A stretch of 32,000 nt of DNA from Snowella sp. (GTDB lineage Bacteria > Cyanobacteriota > Cyanobacteriia > Cyanobacteriales > Microcystaceae). The number at the start of each line of letters is the position of its first letter. Positions within the stretch are counted from its first letter, which is position 1. The translations under genes were made by a program, and so were the position numbers. Positions 19,115 to 28,233 of the stretch are shown here, in pieces. The stretch covers positions 1 to 32,000 of the forward strand of contig JAYKGY010000062.1 in assembly GCA_035285545.1 (NCBI GenBank), given 5' to 3'. Under the pieces are notes generated by a model. It worked only from the letters and a program-made list of their open reading frames with translations. It did no database searches and was not told the DNA's origin.

Positions 19115-19963
19115 GTGCCAGAGTTACCTGAAGTTGAAACGGTTTGTCGGGGTCTTAATCGTTTGGCCTCGAATCAAGTCATTAAAGGGGGAGAGGTGTT
19201 GCTCCATCGCACGCTGGCTTACCCCTTTTCTGTTGAGGATTTTTGGCAGCAGCTACAGGGTGTTAAGATTCAAGTTTGGCAACGACGAGGCAAGTATTTA
19301 TTCGCTAAGTTAGAAAACGCAACGGGACAGTCGGCTGGTTTTCTGGGGGTTCATCTGCGGATGACAGGGCAATTACTTTGGGTTAACGCCACCGAACCGC
19401 GATCGCCTCATACTCGTATCGTGTTTGCCTGTGAGAATGGGAAAGAGTTACGCTTTGTCGATATTCGCACCTTTGGGAAAATTTGGGCAATTCCGCCGAA
19501 TGTTAAACCTGAAGCCATTATGACGGGGTTGCAGAACTTAGGCCCAGAACCTTTTGCTTCTGAATTTACAGTTGAGTATTTACAACAAAAGTTAGCCAAA
19601 AGTCAGCGATCGCTTAAAACTGCCCTACTGGATCAACGAGTAGTCGCAGGATTGGGGAATATTTACGCCGATGAAGTGTTATTTAAATCCGGCATTCACC
19701 CCACAACCTTAGGGAGTCAGTTAACTTCAACTCAGGTTGAAAAGCTACATGCGATGATTATTGAAGTCTTGAAAACTGCGATCGCGTCTGGGGGAACAAC
19801 CTTTAGTGATTTTCGAGATGTGACGGGACTTAATGGAAACTATGGCGGCGTTGCCTGGGTTTACGGTCGGCGCAATGAACCCTGTCGAGTTTGTGGAACC
19901 CAGATTGAACGAATTAAATTAGTAGGACGATCCAGCCATTTTTGCCCGCAATGCCAGAGATAG
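19115..19963 (+). CDS. mutM: Formamidopyrimidine-DNA glycosylase (Fpg/MutM)
   Basis: GTG start followed by PELPEVETV with the catalytic N-terminal Pro. H2TH region. C-terminal zinc finger CRVCGTQIERIKLVGRSSHFCPQCQ. Confidence 0.95.
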   Translation: MPELPEVETVCRGLNRLASNQVIKGGEVLLHRTLAYPFSVEDFWQQLQGVKIQVWQRRGKYLFAKLENATGQSAGFLGVHLRMTGQLLWVNATEPRSPHTRIVFACENGKELRFVDIRTFGKIWAIPPNVKPEAIMTGLQNLGPEPFASEFTVEYLQQKLAKSQRSLKTALLDQRVVAGLGNIYADEVLFKSGIHPTTLGSQLTSTQVEKLHAMIIEVLKTAIASGGTTFSDFRDVTGLNGNYGGVAWVYGRRNEPCRVCGTQIERIKLVGRSSHFCPQCQR

Positions 19964-20071
19964 ATTATATTTACAGGTAGTGATATATAGAGGAGGCTTA
20001 AACCTTTGCTAATCAGGAATTGTCGTCGTGTATCAAGTCCCAAATTGCTCCAATATAATTCTCCAAACTTT

Positions 20072-20440
20072 TACGCGATGTGCAACTAAGAAAAAATCTC
20101 ACAGCTAAAAGGCTATATCTCGCAAGCTCTCAAAACAGAACTGAGTCAGTACCATATTCAACTTGAAACTACTTTACGGGAAAATATGACTGATTTACGA
20201 CCTCAAGCATGGGTTAAATTATTCAATCGAGTCCGTCGTTTGATTGAGACGGTAATTGGTCAGTTAGCTGGACGATTTCATTTTGAGAGGATTTGGGCTA
20301 GAGATACTCGGCATCTCACCAGTCGGATTAATCGTAAACTCTTGGCTCATACGGTTTGTTATTGGCTTAATCGTCACTCTCCTGATCCCTTGCAATTTGA
20401 CAATTTAGTTTCCGTTTAGTTTTAGTTGCACACCGCGTTA
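20072..20440 (+). mobile_element. Internally deleted IS982-family insertion sequence (non-autonomous remnant)
   Basis: Terminal inverted repeats gcgatgtgcaactaa (20075-20089) and ttagttgcacaccgc (20422-20436) match at 14 of 15 positions. Only the transposase C-terminus survives: KGYISQALKTELSQYHIQLETTLRENM...RRLIETVIGQLAGRFHFERIWARD...KLLAHTV. It begins about 20 nt after the left IR. Confidence 0.6.
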
Positions 20441-20464
20441 ATTAATATATTTTGCCTTTACCCA

Positions 20465-20680
20465 ATGAATAGCAAAGATTTAGCCCGTTATATTGAAGCG
20501 ACTGATGGAATTTCTAAACCCTGGTTACTCAATCTCTTGCGGATGCAGATGCTGAAGGAAAATCGAGAAAATTTATCGCCAGAGGAATATGAAGCTAATA
20601 TTGAAGAATTACACCAATCTTTGATGAATTTAGGAGAATGGTGGGTTGGCATGGAAGATGAGGTATTTGGCCCTCAATAG
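20465..20680 (+). CDS. Small hypothetical protein (71 aa)
   Basis: The ATG at 20465 (MNSKDLARYIE...) is preferred to the TTG at 20426, which lies inside the IS inverted repeat. No family was recognised. Confidence 0.45.
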   Translation: MNSKDLARYIEATDGISKPWLLNLLRMQMLKENRENLSPEEYEANIEELHQSLMNLGEWWVGMEDEVFGPQ

Positions 20681-20801
20681 ATTTCTCGGTTTTGCAGTGA
20701 AGAATTCAAGAAATCTAAGATGAGTCGCAGGAAATTATATAAAAATCAAAAAAGTTAGACGAAATAGAGAAATTTGATTAAAGTCCCTATTTCTTCTTTT
20801 T

Positions 20802-21026
20802 TTATTCAAGAATTTCTAGTTCATCTTCTCGAAAATGCCCCCGAAAAGGCTTGGTAAATTTAACTAAAATAGGAAGGTTGGCACTAATAGGTCTTCCCTG
20901 CCAATCATTAAGAATTGCAATGATTTCGCCTTCCATCCCGTGGATATCAAAGGGTTGCTGTCTATGATCGGGATGGTGGTAAACAATGATCGAAGTTTTT
21001 ACACGGACGCGATCGCCAACTTTCAT
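20802..21026 (-). CDS. ftrV: Ferredoxin-thioredoxin reductase variable subunit
   Basis: MKVGDRVRVKTSIIVYHHPDHRQQPFDIHGMEGEI...WQGRPISANLPILVKF matches FtrV nearly residue for residue. Confidence 0.9.
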   Translation of the reverse strand: MKVGDRVRVKTSIIVYHHPDHRQQPFDIHGMEGEIIAILNDWQGRPISANLPILVKFTKPFRGHFREDELEILE

Positions 21027-21279
21027 AGTGTTTTTACTCTCTTATCTCCTCGTCGGTCTAAAAATCCGATTCAAGGATTCCTAAACGAACAATCTTATTA
21101 TTTTGGCATAGGATAGGCCCTATCAATCAAGTTGCAAGGTTTCTTCGTAATCGGGTGACGAGGGACAAAGGCATAAAAAATAAACAGGCGTTAAATTCCG
21201 CAGTTCTTTCTCAAGCTAGATTTAATCCAATGACACGATACTACGATGAGTCTTAGAGAGCTATGTAATTAATTGCGGT

Positions 21280-21732
21280 ATGGAAAATATCAAACAAATC
21301 AATGATGAACTGGCTGTTATCATGACTCAAGTAACTCCCGAACAAGTTCATCAGTTATCTCAAGCGGGATTTAAGTCCATTCTCAATTTAAGATTGCCGA
21401 GTGAGGAGGGCTTTTTAACGACTGAACAAGAGCAAGCCAAAAACGAAGGGCTGGAATACGTTAATATCCCCGTTAAGTCTGATTCCATGAACGATGAGTT
21501 AGCGGATCAGGTGATTCATACCATTGACCAATTACCTAAGCCTCTCCTAATTCACTGCAAAACCGGAATGCGTTCTGGGGCAATGGCATTAATGTATGTT
21601 GCAACTCAACAACAAATGACGGCTGAAGAAGCATTAGCAATGGGCAAGCAGAATGGGTTTGATTGTGATGCTTATCCCCAAATGAAGCAATTTTTTGAGC
21701 ATTATGTTACAGAAAATACGCAGATTTTTTAA
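21280..21732 (+). CDS. DUF442/TIGR01244-type phosphatase-fold sulfur-transfer protein (Blh N-domain-like)
   Basis: 150 aa with the CX5R loop HCKTGMRS. It sits immediately upstream of the MBL-rhodanese gene, the arrangement found in sulfide-detoxification operons. Confidence 0.7.
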   Translation: MENIKQINDELAVIMTQVTPEQVHQLSQAGFKSILNLRLPSEEGFLTTEQEQAKNEGLEYVNIPVKSDSMNDELADQVIHTIDQLPKPLLIHCKTGMRSGAMALMYVATQQQMTAEEALAMGKQNGFDCDAYPQMKQFFEHYVTENTQIF

Positions 21733-21791
21733 AAGCAAGCAACCGTCAGCTTTTGTTGTGCTTCAGGAGTAAAAATCGGAGGAAATTGGTA

Positions 21792-23198
21792 ATGGCACTA
21801 GTTTTAGAGCAATTCAATGTGGAAGGATTAGCCCAGCTATCCTATCTTGTCGGTGATGATAAAGCAGGGGTTGCTGCAATTATTGATCCTCGTCGCGATG
21901 TTGATCCGTATCTGCAACGGGCGAGAGAGTTAGGGGTCAGATTAATTGCGAGCGTAGAAACCCATATCCATGCAGATTTTGTATCGGGTTCCCATGAACT
22001 CAAGGCCCGTCTGGGAGTCCCCATTTATGGAGGGAAGAGTGATGCCTATCAATTTGAGCTACATCAGCTTCAAGAGGGGGATGAATTAACCTTGGGAAAC
22101 ATCAAGCTTAAAGCAATTCATACGCCAGGCCATACCCCTGAGCATATTTCCTTACTCATTTACGATGCCAAGCAGGGACAAGAACCTTTCGGTTTGTTTA
22201 CCGGAGATACGCTGTTTAATTTAGATGTGGGTCGTCCCGATTTGTTAGGCGGCGGTACTGAAAAGACTTTAGCCGCTCAGCTCTATCACAGTCTGTTTGA
22301 TAAAATTCTGCCGTTAGGCGATCGCATCGAAATTTATCCTTGTCATGGGGCCGGATCTGCCTGTGGAAAAGCCATCGGCGATCGCCGTCAAAGTACGATT
22401 GGAAACGAACGAATTTTTAACCCAGCTCTACAGGAACGCTCTGAACAGGACTTTATTGAATGGCTATTGGGAGGAATGCCCGAACCACCCCGCCACTACG
22501 CCCGACTTAAAAAAATTAATGCTCAAGGTGCCCCCATTTTAGGTTGTCCTCCGACTTTGCAACCGCTTACCCCCCAAGAATTCCAACAAAAAATGCAGGA
22601 TGACAACACCTTAATTATTGATGCCCGCTCTATTCTGGCCTTTGGTGGTGGCCATATTCCAGGCGCGATTAATATTGCCCTGCGTCCAGAGTTTCCTAAT
22701 TGGGTTGGTTGGATGATTGAACCTGAGCGATCGCTGTTAATCGTGGTAGAAAGTGAGCGAGATGTCCAACTGATCGCAGAACAGCTATTTCGGATGGGTT
22801 ATGACCATTTAGCCGGTTATTTACACGACGGAATGACAAGCTGGCAGAATGCAGGATTACCCCTACAACAGGTCACGGAATGGACGGTGCAGGAATTAAA
22901 TCAACACAAAGATGATCCCAAAATCACGGTGTTAGATGTGCGGGGGGATGAGGAATATGAGCAAGGATTTATTCCTGGGGCTGAACATATCTTTGTCGCC
23001 CATCTCGAAGAGCATTTGAATCAGTTGGATAAGGAACAAGCGATCGCGACCTACTGTGGCAGTGGTTATCGAGCCTCGATTGCCGCTAGTCTGTTGCAGA
23101 AACATGGATTTAAAACAACAATTAACATTCCTGGGTCTTGGATCGCTTGGAAAAACGCGAATTTACCGATTCAACAATTCGAGCCTGTCCCTTCCTAA
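21792..23198 (+). CDS. MBL-fold persulfide-dioxygenase-like protein fused to two rhodanese domains
   Basis: Metal motif ETHIHADFVSG, plus HTPGHTPEH and CHGAGSACG. Two rhodanese-like modules end with the active-site loop CGSGYRAS. The ATG at 21792 is preceded by GGAGG and is preferred over the TTG at 21753. Confidence 0.8.
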   Translation: MALVLEQFNVEGLAQLSYLVGDDKAGVAAIIDPRRDVDPYLQRARELGVRLIASVETHIHADFVSGSHELKARLGVPIYGGKSDAYQFELHQLQEGDELTLGNIKLKAIHTPGHTPEHISLLIYDAKQGQEPFGLFTGDTLFNLDVGRPDLLGGGTEKTLAAQLYHSLFDKILPLGDRIEIYPCHGAGSACGKAIGDRRQSTIGNERIFNPALQERSEQDFIEWLLGGMPEPPRHYARLKKINAQGAPILGCPPTLQPLTPQEFQQKMQDDNTLIIDARSILAFGGGHIPGAINIALRPEFPNWVGWMIEPERSLLIVVESERDVQLIAEQLFRMGYDHLAGYLHDGMTSWQNAGLPLQQVTEWTVQELNQHKDDPKITVLDVRGDEEYEQGFIPGAEHIFVAHLEEHLNQLDKEQAIATYCGSGYRASIAASLLQKHGFKTTINIPGSWIAWKNANLPIQQFEPVPS

Positions 23199-23309
23199 GC
23201 TTATAGACGAAATCACGATTTCAAAAAAAGTGAGACCAATATGGCCAGTTAGATGTGATAGCATAAGAAATGCTGTGTTTTAGCAAAAGAATTCTAATCG
23301 AAAAGTCTT

Positions 23310-23612
23310 ATGGCAAAAAAATCCATGATTGAACGCGAGAAGCGTCGTAGTAAGCTCATCGCCAAATATTCAGAAAAACGGGAACAACTCAAAGAAGAAT
23401 TTCGCCAAGCAACTACTTTAGACGAAAAATTAACGCTTCAACGTCAATTACAACAGTTACCCCGTAATAGCTCCCCCAACCGCCACCGTAACCGTTGTTT
23501 AGTAACTGGTCGTCCTAGAGGATATTATCGGGATTTTGGTTTATCTCGTAACGTCTTCCGGGAATGGGCCCATGAAGGGTTATTACCTGGGGTTGTTAAA
23601 TCCAGTTGGTAG
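23310..23612 (+). CDS. rpsN: 30S ribosomal protein S14
   Basis: [13 protein letters not shown]...[40 protein letters not shown]. Confidence 0.95.
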   Translation: MAKKSMIEREKRRSKLIAKYSEKREQLKEEFRQATTLDEKLTLQRQLQQLPRNSSPNRHRNRCLVTGRPRGYYRDFGLSRNVFREWAHEGLLPGVVKSSW

Positions 23613-23670
23613 TTCAGTAAATTTTAGTTATTGCTGAATTCATTAAGAGGTAAATGAAGTTAATTGGGTA

Positions 23671-23760
23671 ATGAGCATTATGGTGTTGCTGTTACTAATT
23701 TTTCTGGTTTGCCTTTTATTATTGGGTTTATTGGTAATGGCGAATAGCGGCGATCGCTGA
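23671..23760 (+). CDS. Candidate small hydrophobic peptide (29 aa)
   Basis: MSIMVLLLLIFLVCLLLLGLLVMANSGDR is a single predicted TM helix. It is preceded by a 5-codon mini-ORF (23654-23671, MKLIG) whose TAA overlaps this ATG as TAATG. No homology was recognised. Confidence 0.25.
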   Translation: MSIMVLLLLIFLVCLLLLGLLVMANSGDR

Positions 23761-23798
23761 TTAAGCTTTATAGTTAAAATTTTGAATATTAGCAAGAA

Positions 23799-23853
23799 AC
23801 CTATAGTAAAGTTGCAAAGTTTTGGCTCTACTATAGGTAGTTTTATTTTTTGA
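23799..23853. terminator. Stem-loop between rpsN/small ORF (+) and rubrerythrin (-); candidate bidirectional terminator
   Basis: acctatagta (23799-23808) pairs with tactataggt (23829-23838), a 10-bp perfect stem with a 20-nt loop. It is followed by agttttatttttt. Confidence 0.5.
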
Positions 23854-23860
23854 TGAATCT

Positions 23861-24559
23861 TTAGGCAGCGATCGCTTCTTGGTAGGGAACAAAACTTTTC
23901 TTCTGGGCACCACAAATCGGACAACGCCAATCATCGGGAATCGCTTCAAAGGGAGTACCCGCCGCAATACCGGAATCGGGATCACCGACGATGGGATCAT
24001 AAATCACGGAACACTGACGACAGATCCACTTTTGAGTTGCCGCTTTGGGAGTCGGAGCAATGCCCTTTAAGCCATTTAAGGCTTCGGTATATTGTTGGGC
24101 GTGGTGCTTTTCAATGGGGGTTAACAGGCCAAAATTATGGGCGGCTTTACGGAAAATTGCAGCATGTTCTTTAGATTCCGCAACTTGGCTTGCAAATTCA
24201 GCAGCAGCATCCTCATCCCGATCCACTATGGCCTGAGCCGTGAATTCGGGGTACATGGTGGTGTATTCGTAGGTTTCCCCTTCAATGGCTAATTCTAAGC
24301 AACGGGCAGCGATCGCTTGTTTTTGTTCAGAGGTTAAACTCGCCGGATCACTCACGACTAATTCGGGGTGAATTAAACGGAAATGGGCAAAAGCGTGTTC
24401 TGTCTCTTGATTGGCGGTTTCCTTAAAAAGTTTAGAAAGGTCAGAAAAACCAAGTTGACGAGCCACTTCAGCAAAAAAGAGATACTTGCGATTGGCCATG
24501 GATTCCCCGCCAAACGCCGCTTCTAAATTTTTACTGGTATTCGCATTCGAGAGATCCAT
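23861..24559 (-). CDS. Rubrerythrin-family diiron protein with a C-terminal rubredoxin domain
   Basis: N-terminal ferritin-like four-helix region (NLEAAFGGESMANRKY, ETEHAF, EGETYEY, EKHH). C-terminal WICRQCSVIYDP...DDWRCPICGAQK carries the rubredoxin CxxC...CxxC. Confidence 0.85.
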   Translation of the reverse strand: MDLSNANTSKNLEAAFGGESMANRKYLFFAEVARQLGFSDLSKLFKETANQETEHAFAHFRLIHPELVVSDPASLTSEQKQAIAARCLELAIEGETYEYTTMYPEFTAQAIVDRDEDAAAEFASQVAESKEHAAIFRKAAHNFGLLTPIEKHHAQQYTEALNGLKGIAPTPKAATQKWICRQCSVIYDPIVGDPDSGIAAGTPFEAIPDDWRCPICGAQKKSFVPYQEAIAA

Positions 24560-24624
24560 CGATAATCCTCAGAGGTTGTGCAGATGTTGAGCTAAATTAT
24601 CATGCCATATTGTAGCGATCGCTG

Positions 24625-25935
24625 TTACCAAGGGCTACCAATTAGGGAAAAACCGGCCCAATAAAAGGGATGGGAGAGATCCTGGGGTTGGGGCGTACTT
24701 AAAATGGCGGGGAGTGTGACATTCCCTCTAGAACTAATTAATTCACCTTGTTTTAGGTAAACTTGACGGCGAATCATGGCAATCTGAGTTTGTTGCAACG
24801 CATCGGCTTTATTTAACGTTGTTTTTAAGCGTTGATAAAATTCACTCATTAAGGCCAAGGTTCCCGCATCACTCACTGACCAAAAACTAGCTAAGGCAGA
24901 TTTAACCCCTGCTTGTAGGGCCAAGCCGGAAAAACCTAGCTCTACATCCTTATCGCCCACAGCAGTCTGGCAAGCACTCAGAACTAACAATTCAACCGGC
25001 GGCTGATTTAACCCTAGTTCGGGCAGATCGGCTAAGGTTAATTTGCGATCGCTAAATTGAATATAGGACTGATTCGGCTCACCAGGCTGAAAACTAGCAT
25101 GGGTTGCTAAATGGAGAATTTGAAACGGTTCACTTTGACGCAGAGTATTCAAATTATTAACCGTAAATCCCTGATTGAGAACGGATCGTCCCTCCCACGG
25201 CGTATCAAGAATGGTATCAAGTTCAATGGCGACTCCGGGTAAAGCCGGTTGCTCCTCAAATTTTGAGGCTCCCATCGCTAAAACTTTAGCGTTTCGTAAT
25301 TTTCCTTGATCAATTTCCGATAAATTAAAGCCTGGAATACGGGTCAGACTATATTTTTCAATCAAAAATTGTTTTCCGTCATAGAGGGCTGAAAGGGGTA
25401 AAGACCGTAACCCTTCCCCTAAACACAGAATTAAAGTGTCAATCTTATTGACTTGTAACTCGGATTCAATCGGCGCAATCAACCAATCGTACAGTTGTTT
25501 ACCCAAGATTAAATAGTCCTCTGAAGGTTTGTTTTGGACAATTTCCGACAAAAAGGATTGAATAATCGGAGAGAGCTTAGCTTGATTGACTTCCGGGTTT
25601 TCTTGATGAATTAGTGGTTTTCCGGGCGCAATTAAATACAAATTCAGTTTTTCTGAATTGGCTGCTATCCAGAGAACCGCAGGATTTTTTTGGGTTTTCT
25701 GTTGTAGGGTTAATAATTCTTGCGCGATCGCGGTTGCCCCTAAGCCTTTATGGGAAAAATCTCCTTGAAAATAGTTATTGTATTGATTCTGCCAGCGACC
25801 TTCGAGTTGAATAACGGGATCGGCTTTACCTTCGGGAGAAATCGTTTGAGACAATAGGGAATGATGGATGCCGATAATCATTAAAGCAGTCAACCCTATG
25901 GCCAAACAGTATTTTTTTAGTCGATAAAAATTCAT
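24625..25935 (-). CDS. CHAT-domain (caspase-fold) protease with an N-terminal signal/anchor
   Basis: 436 aa. It has a hydrophobic N-terminus. LHLATHASF is the catalytic His region and LLVLSACQTAVGD the catalytic Cys region. ASFWSVSDAGTLALMSEFY is typical of the CHAT C-terminus. Confidence 0.85.
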   Translation of the reverse strand: MNFYRLKKYCLAIGLTALMIIGIHHSLLSQTISPEGKADPVIQLEGRWQNQYNNYFQGDFSHKGLGATAIAQELLTLQQKTQKNPAVLWIAANSEKLNLYLIAPGKPLIHQENPEVNQAKLSPIIQSFLSEIVQNKPSEDYLILGKQLYDWLIAPIESELQVNKIDTLILCLGEGLRSLPLSALYDGKQFLIEKYSLTRIPGFNLSEIDQGKLRNAKVLAMGASKFEEQPALPGVAIELDTILDTPWEGRSVLNQGFTVNNLNTLRQSEPFQILHLATHASFQPGEPNQSYIQFSDRKLTLADLPELGLNQPPVELLVLSACQTAVGDKDVELGFSGLALQAGVKSALASFWSVSDAGTLALMSEFYQRLKTTLNKADALQQTQIAMIRRQVYLKQGELISSRGNVTLPAILSTPQPQDLSHPFYWAGFSLIGSPW

Positions 25936-26390
25936 ATTATTAAGAATTTAAACTTAATTTAAGCTTAATTGAAACTTTAGATTAGTAGAGAGTCATAATT
26001 AATCCTAAAACGATGATTGATTTGATCCCCTCTATCTCTCTTCTTAAGGTATCAAGGTCTGGTCTGGCTCATTCTCAGGGGCTAAAAAAGTAAGGCTAAC
26101 AAAATCATCCGAAAATGAATAATGTCACCTAATTTTTTTATAACTACGCTTACCCTATTTTGTTCCTGTCCCTTGAGATGCTATCTTTAAAGAGTATTTT
26201 TTCCCTCTCCATCACTTTACAATTAACAATTAGTCATTAATTTATCTATTTTGCAAACCATCGCCCTCAAGTTTTTCCGAGGTTTAGATTTCCTCTCTAT
26301 TACAGCAGGGCAGCGATGTCTTGGCCGAAGAGGCTTCAGGCTTTGCCATTTGCTAGAAAGCGGGAAACTGTAGGTGGGGGGATTAATTCA

Positions 26391-27098
26391 ATGCAATATT
26401 TTCTATTGAATTTGGTCTTAGAAACATCTCCTGAAATTTGGTCATCCGTTGGGTTAATCGCGCTTTACTTAAGTCTGATTTTGATAGTTGCAGAAGGAAT
26501 TAACCGTCTTACGGATACCCAGGGAGAAATTACCCGCAAAATTGTTCATATTGGTAGCGGTCATGTCGTGTTGTTTGCCTGGTGGTTACAGATTCCTGAA
26601 TGGATTGGCATTGCAGCGGCCTTTGTGGCGGGTTTAGTAGCTCTAATTTCCTATTTTTTGCCTATTTTACCGAGCATTAATAGTGTGGGACGGCAGAGTT
26701 TAGGCACGTTTTTTTACGCGCTAAGTATTGGCATTGTTATATCCATTTTTTGGCCGTTAAATCACCCTGAATATGCAGCGATCGGTATTCTGGTGATGGC
26801 GTGGGGTGATGGCTTAGCGGCTCTGATTGGCCAGAATTTTGGCAACCATCCCTATCAACTGGGAAATATCCAAAAAAGTTGGGAAGGTTCGTTAACGATG
26901 ACCGTGATTAGTTTCCTGGTTATTTTGATTATCCTCGGCTCAGTTAATGGGCTAAATTGGCAAGTTAGCTTAACGGCTTTTGTCGTTGCCATTGTCGCAA
27001 CTGCGTTAGAGTCGTTTTCAAAGTTTGGTGTCGATAATTTAACTGTTCCTGTGGGGAGTGCTATGCTGACCTTTATTCTCCATCAATCTCTGCTTTAA
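26391..27098 (+). CDS. Polytopic membrane phytol/polyprenol kinase-like protein (CTP-dependent kinase family)
   Basis: About 235 aa with 6-7 TM helices. RKIVHIGSG and WGDGLAALIG motifs resemble the cyanobacterial VTE5-type phytol kinase/dolichol kinase family. The ATG at 26391 is preferred over 26316. Confidence 0.6.
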   Translation: MQYFLLNLVLETSPEIWSSVGLIALYLSLILIVAEGINRLTDTQGEITRKIVHIGSGHVVLFAWWLQIPEWIGIAAAFVAGLVALISYFLPILPSINSVGRQSLGTFFYALSIGIVISIFWPLNHPEYAAIGILVMAWGDGLAALIGQNFGNHPYQLGNIQKSWEGSLTMTVISFLVILIILGSVNGLNWQVSLTAFVVAIVATALESFSKFGVDNLTVPVGSAMLTFILHQSLL

Positions 27099-27102
27099 CC
27101 CT

Positions 27103-27972
27103 ATGTACGCGATCGCTTTTAAACAAGAGCAATATTTAACCTACATTCTCACGGATCAAGACAAACTGGCTCGCTTAGAAGTCGTCCCCGAACGCGGCGG
27201 CATCGTCACCCGTTGGACAATCCAAGGTCAGGAAATCCTCTACCTAGACCAAGAACGCTTCCAAGACCCCAGCCTCAGTGTCCGAGGCGGCATTCCCATT
27301 CTCTTTCCCATTTGCGGTAATTTACCCAATAATCACTACACCCATAACCAGAAAGCCTATAAGCTGCAACAACACGGATTTGCGCGAGAACTGCCTTGGC
27401 AAGTAGTTGATCAAAAAACAGAATCAAGTGCCAGTCTAACCCTCCGCCTCACCAGCACAGCCGCCACCAAAGCCTTATACCCCTTCGATTTCCAAGTGGA
27501 TTTTACCTATCAGCTTCAAGGAAATACCCTAACCATTCACCAGCGTTATACCAACCTCTCTACTGAAAAAATGCCTTTCTCAACAGGGTTACATCCCTAT
27601 TTTGGGGTCAAAGATAAATCTAAGCTCAGTTTTGAGATTCCCGCGAGTATGTATCAAGATCAAAAAAGTTTAGCCCTACATCCTTTCGAGGAAACTTTTG
27701 ACTTTGCTCAACCGGAAATTGACGCAGCCTTTAAATCTGTCAAGCACCATACGGCTAGTTTTACTGATTCTAAAAGGAAATTAACCCTAAATCTCCAATA
27801 TTCCGATGAATACTCTACCGTAGTTTTTTGGACGCTGGCTGACAAAGACTATATCTGTTTGGAACCCTGGACGGCTCCCCGCAATTCCCTCAATACAGGA
27901 GAAAAATTGCTGTATCTCAATCCCCAAGAGACTTTGGAAACAACGGTTACGCTTCGGGCTGACTTTTTTTAG
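27103..27972 (+). CDS. Aldose 1-epimerase family protein (mutarotase fold)
   Basis: 289 aa. RGGIPILFPICG, QHGFAR and GLHPYF motifs are typical of the galactose mutarotase-like/glucose-6-phosphate 1-epimerase family. Confidence 0.8.
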   Translation: MYAIAFKQEQYLTYILTDQDKLARLEVVPERGGIVTRWTIQGQEILYLDQERFQDPSLSVRGGIPILFPICGNLPNNHYTHNQKAYKLQQHGFARELPWQVVDQKTESSASLTLRLTSTAATKALYPFDFQVDFTYQLQGNTLTIHQRYTNLSTEKMPFSTGLHPYFGVKDKSKLSFEIPASMYQDQKSLALHPFEETFDFAQPEIDAAFKSVKHHTASFTDSKRKLTLNLQYSDEYSTVVFWTLADKDYICLEPWTAPRNSLNTGEKLLYLNPQETLETTVTLRADFF

Positions 27973-28035
27973 AAAATTGATTGCTTTTCCTCGGTGCCTA
28001 TGATACATTGATAAATCGTGTGAAGGACACAACAC

Positions 28036-28107
28036 GGGTCGCTAGCTCAGCGGTAGAGCACTCGGCTTTTAACCGAATGGTCTTGGGTTCGAATCCCAGG
28101 CGACCCA
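28036..28107 (+). tRNA. trnK: tRNA-Lys (anticodon UUU)
   Basis: Acceptor stem gggtcgc/gcgaccc plus a. D arm gctc-agcggta-gagc. Anticodon loop cttttaa. T arm tggg-ttcgaat-ccca. Length 72 nt with no encoded CCA. Confidence 0.9.
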
Positions 28108-28113
28108 TAAAAG

Positions 28114-28233
28114 ATGATATCTGATGCTGATGCTTTATCTCTTAAAGCCCCTGCTAATGCTCGACATATAGAAGAAGCGATCGCGAAATATAAAGCGGGT
28201 AAAAAACAAGAACATGATTTAATCAATGCGTAA
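28114..28233 (+). pseudogene. C-terminal remnant of a Phd/YefM-family antitoxin, truncated at the tRNA-Lys boundary
   Basis: The frame opens only at 28111, directly after the tRNA 3' end. MISDADALSLKAPANARHIEEAIAKYKAGKKQEHDLINA* resembles the YefM C-terminal half (..LxxSPxNAxxLxxSIxxxxxGK..). The N-terminal half is absent. Confidence 0.5.

Noticed and set aside
21112-21124. 6-1-6 palindrome gataggCcctatc between ftrV and the DUF442 gene, considered as an operator for the sulfide-response genes.
   Set aside because: It is short enough to occur by chance, no adjacent regulator gene is present and no known consensus was recognised. Recorded only as a note.
21950-21990. MBL motif HIHADF (Phe instead of the second His of HxHxDH), considered as a sign of an inactive enzyme.
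   Set aside because: As far as I recall, this variant is normal for the rhodanese-fused MBL subfamily. The remaining metal ligands appear present.
23643-24000. Minus-strand ORFs 23643-23930 and 23761-24000.
   Set aside because: They overlap the rubrerythrin C-terminus out of frame and run through the terminator hairpin and intergenic DNA. No motifs were found.
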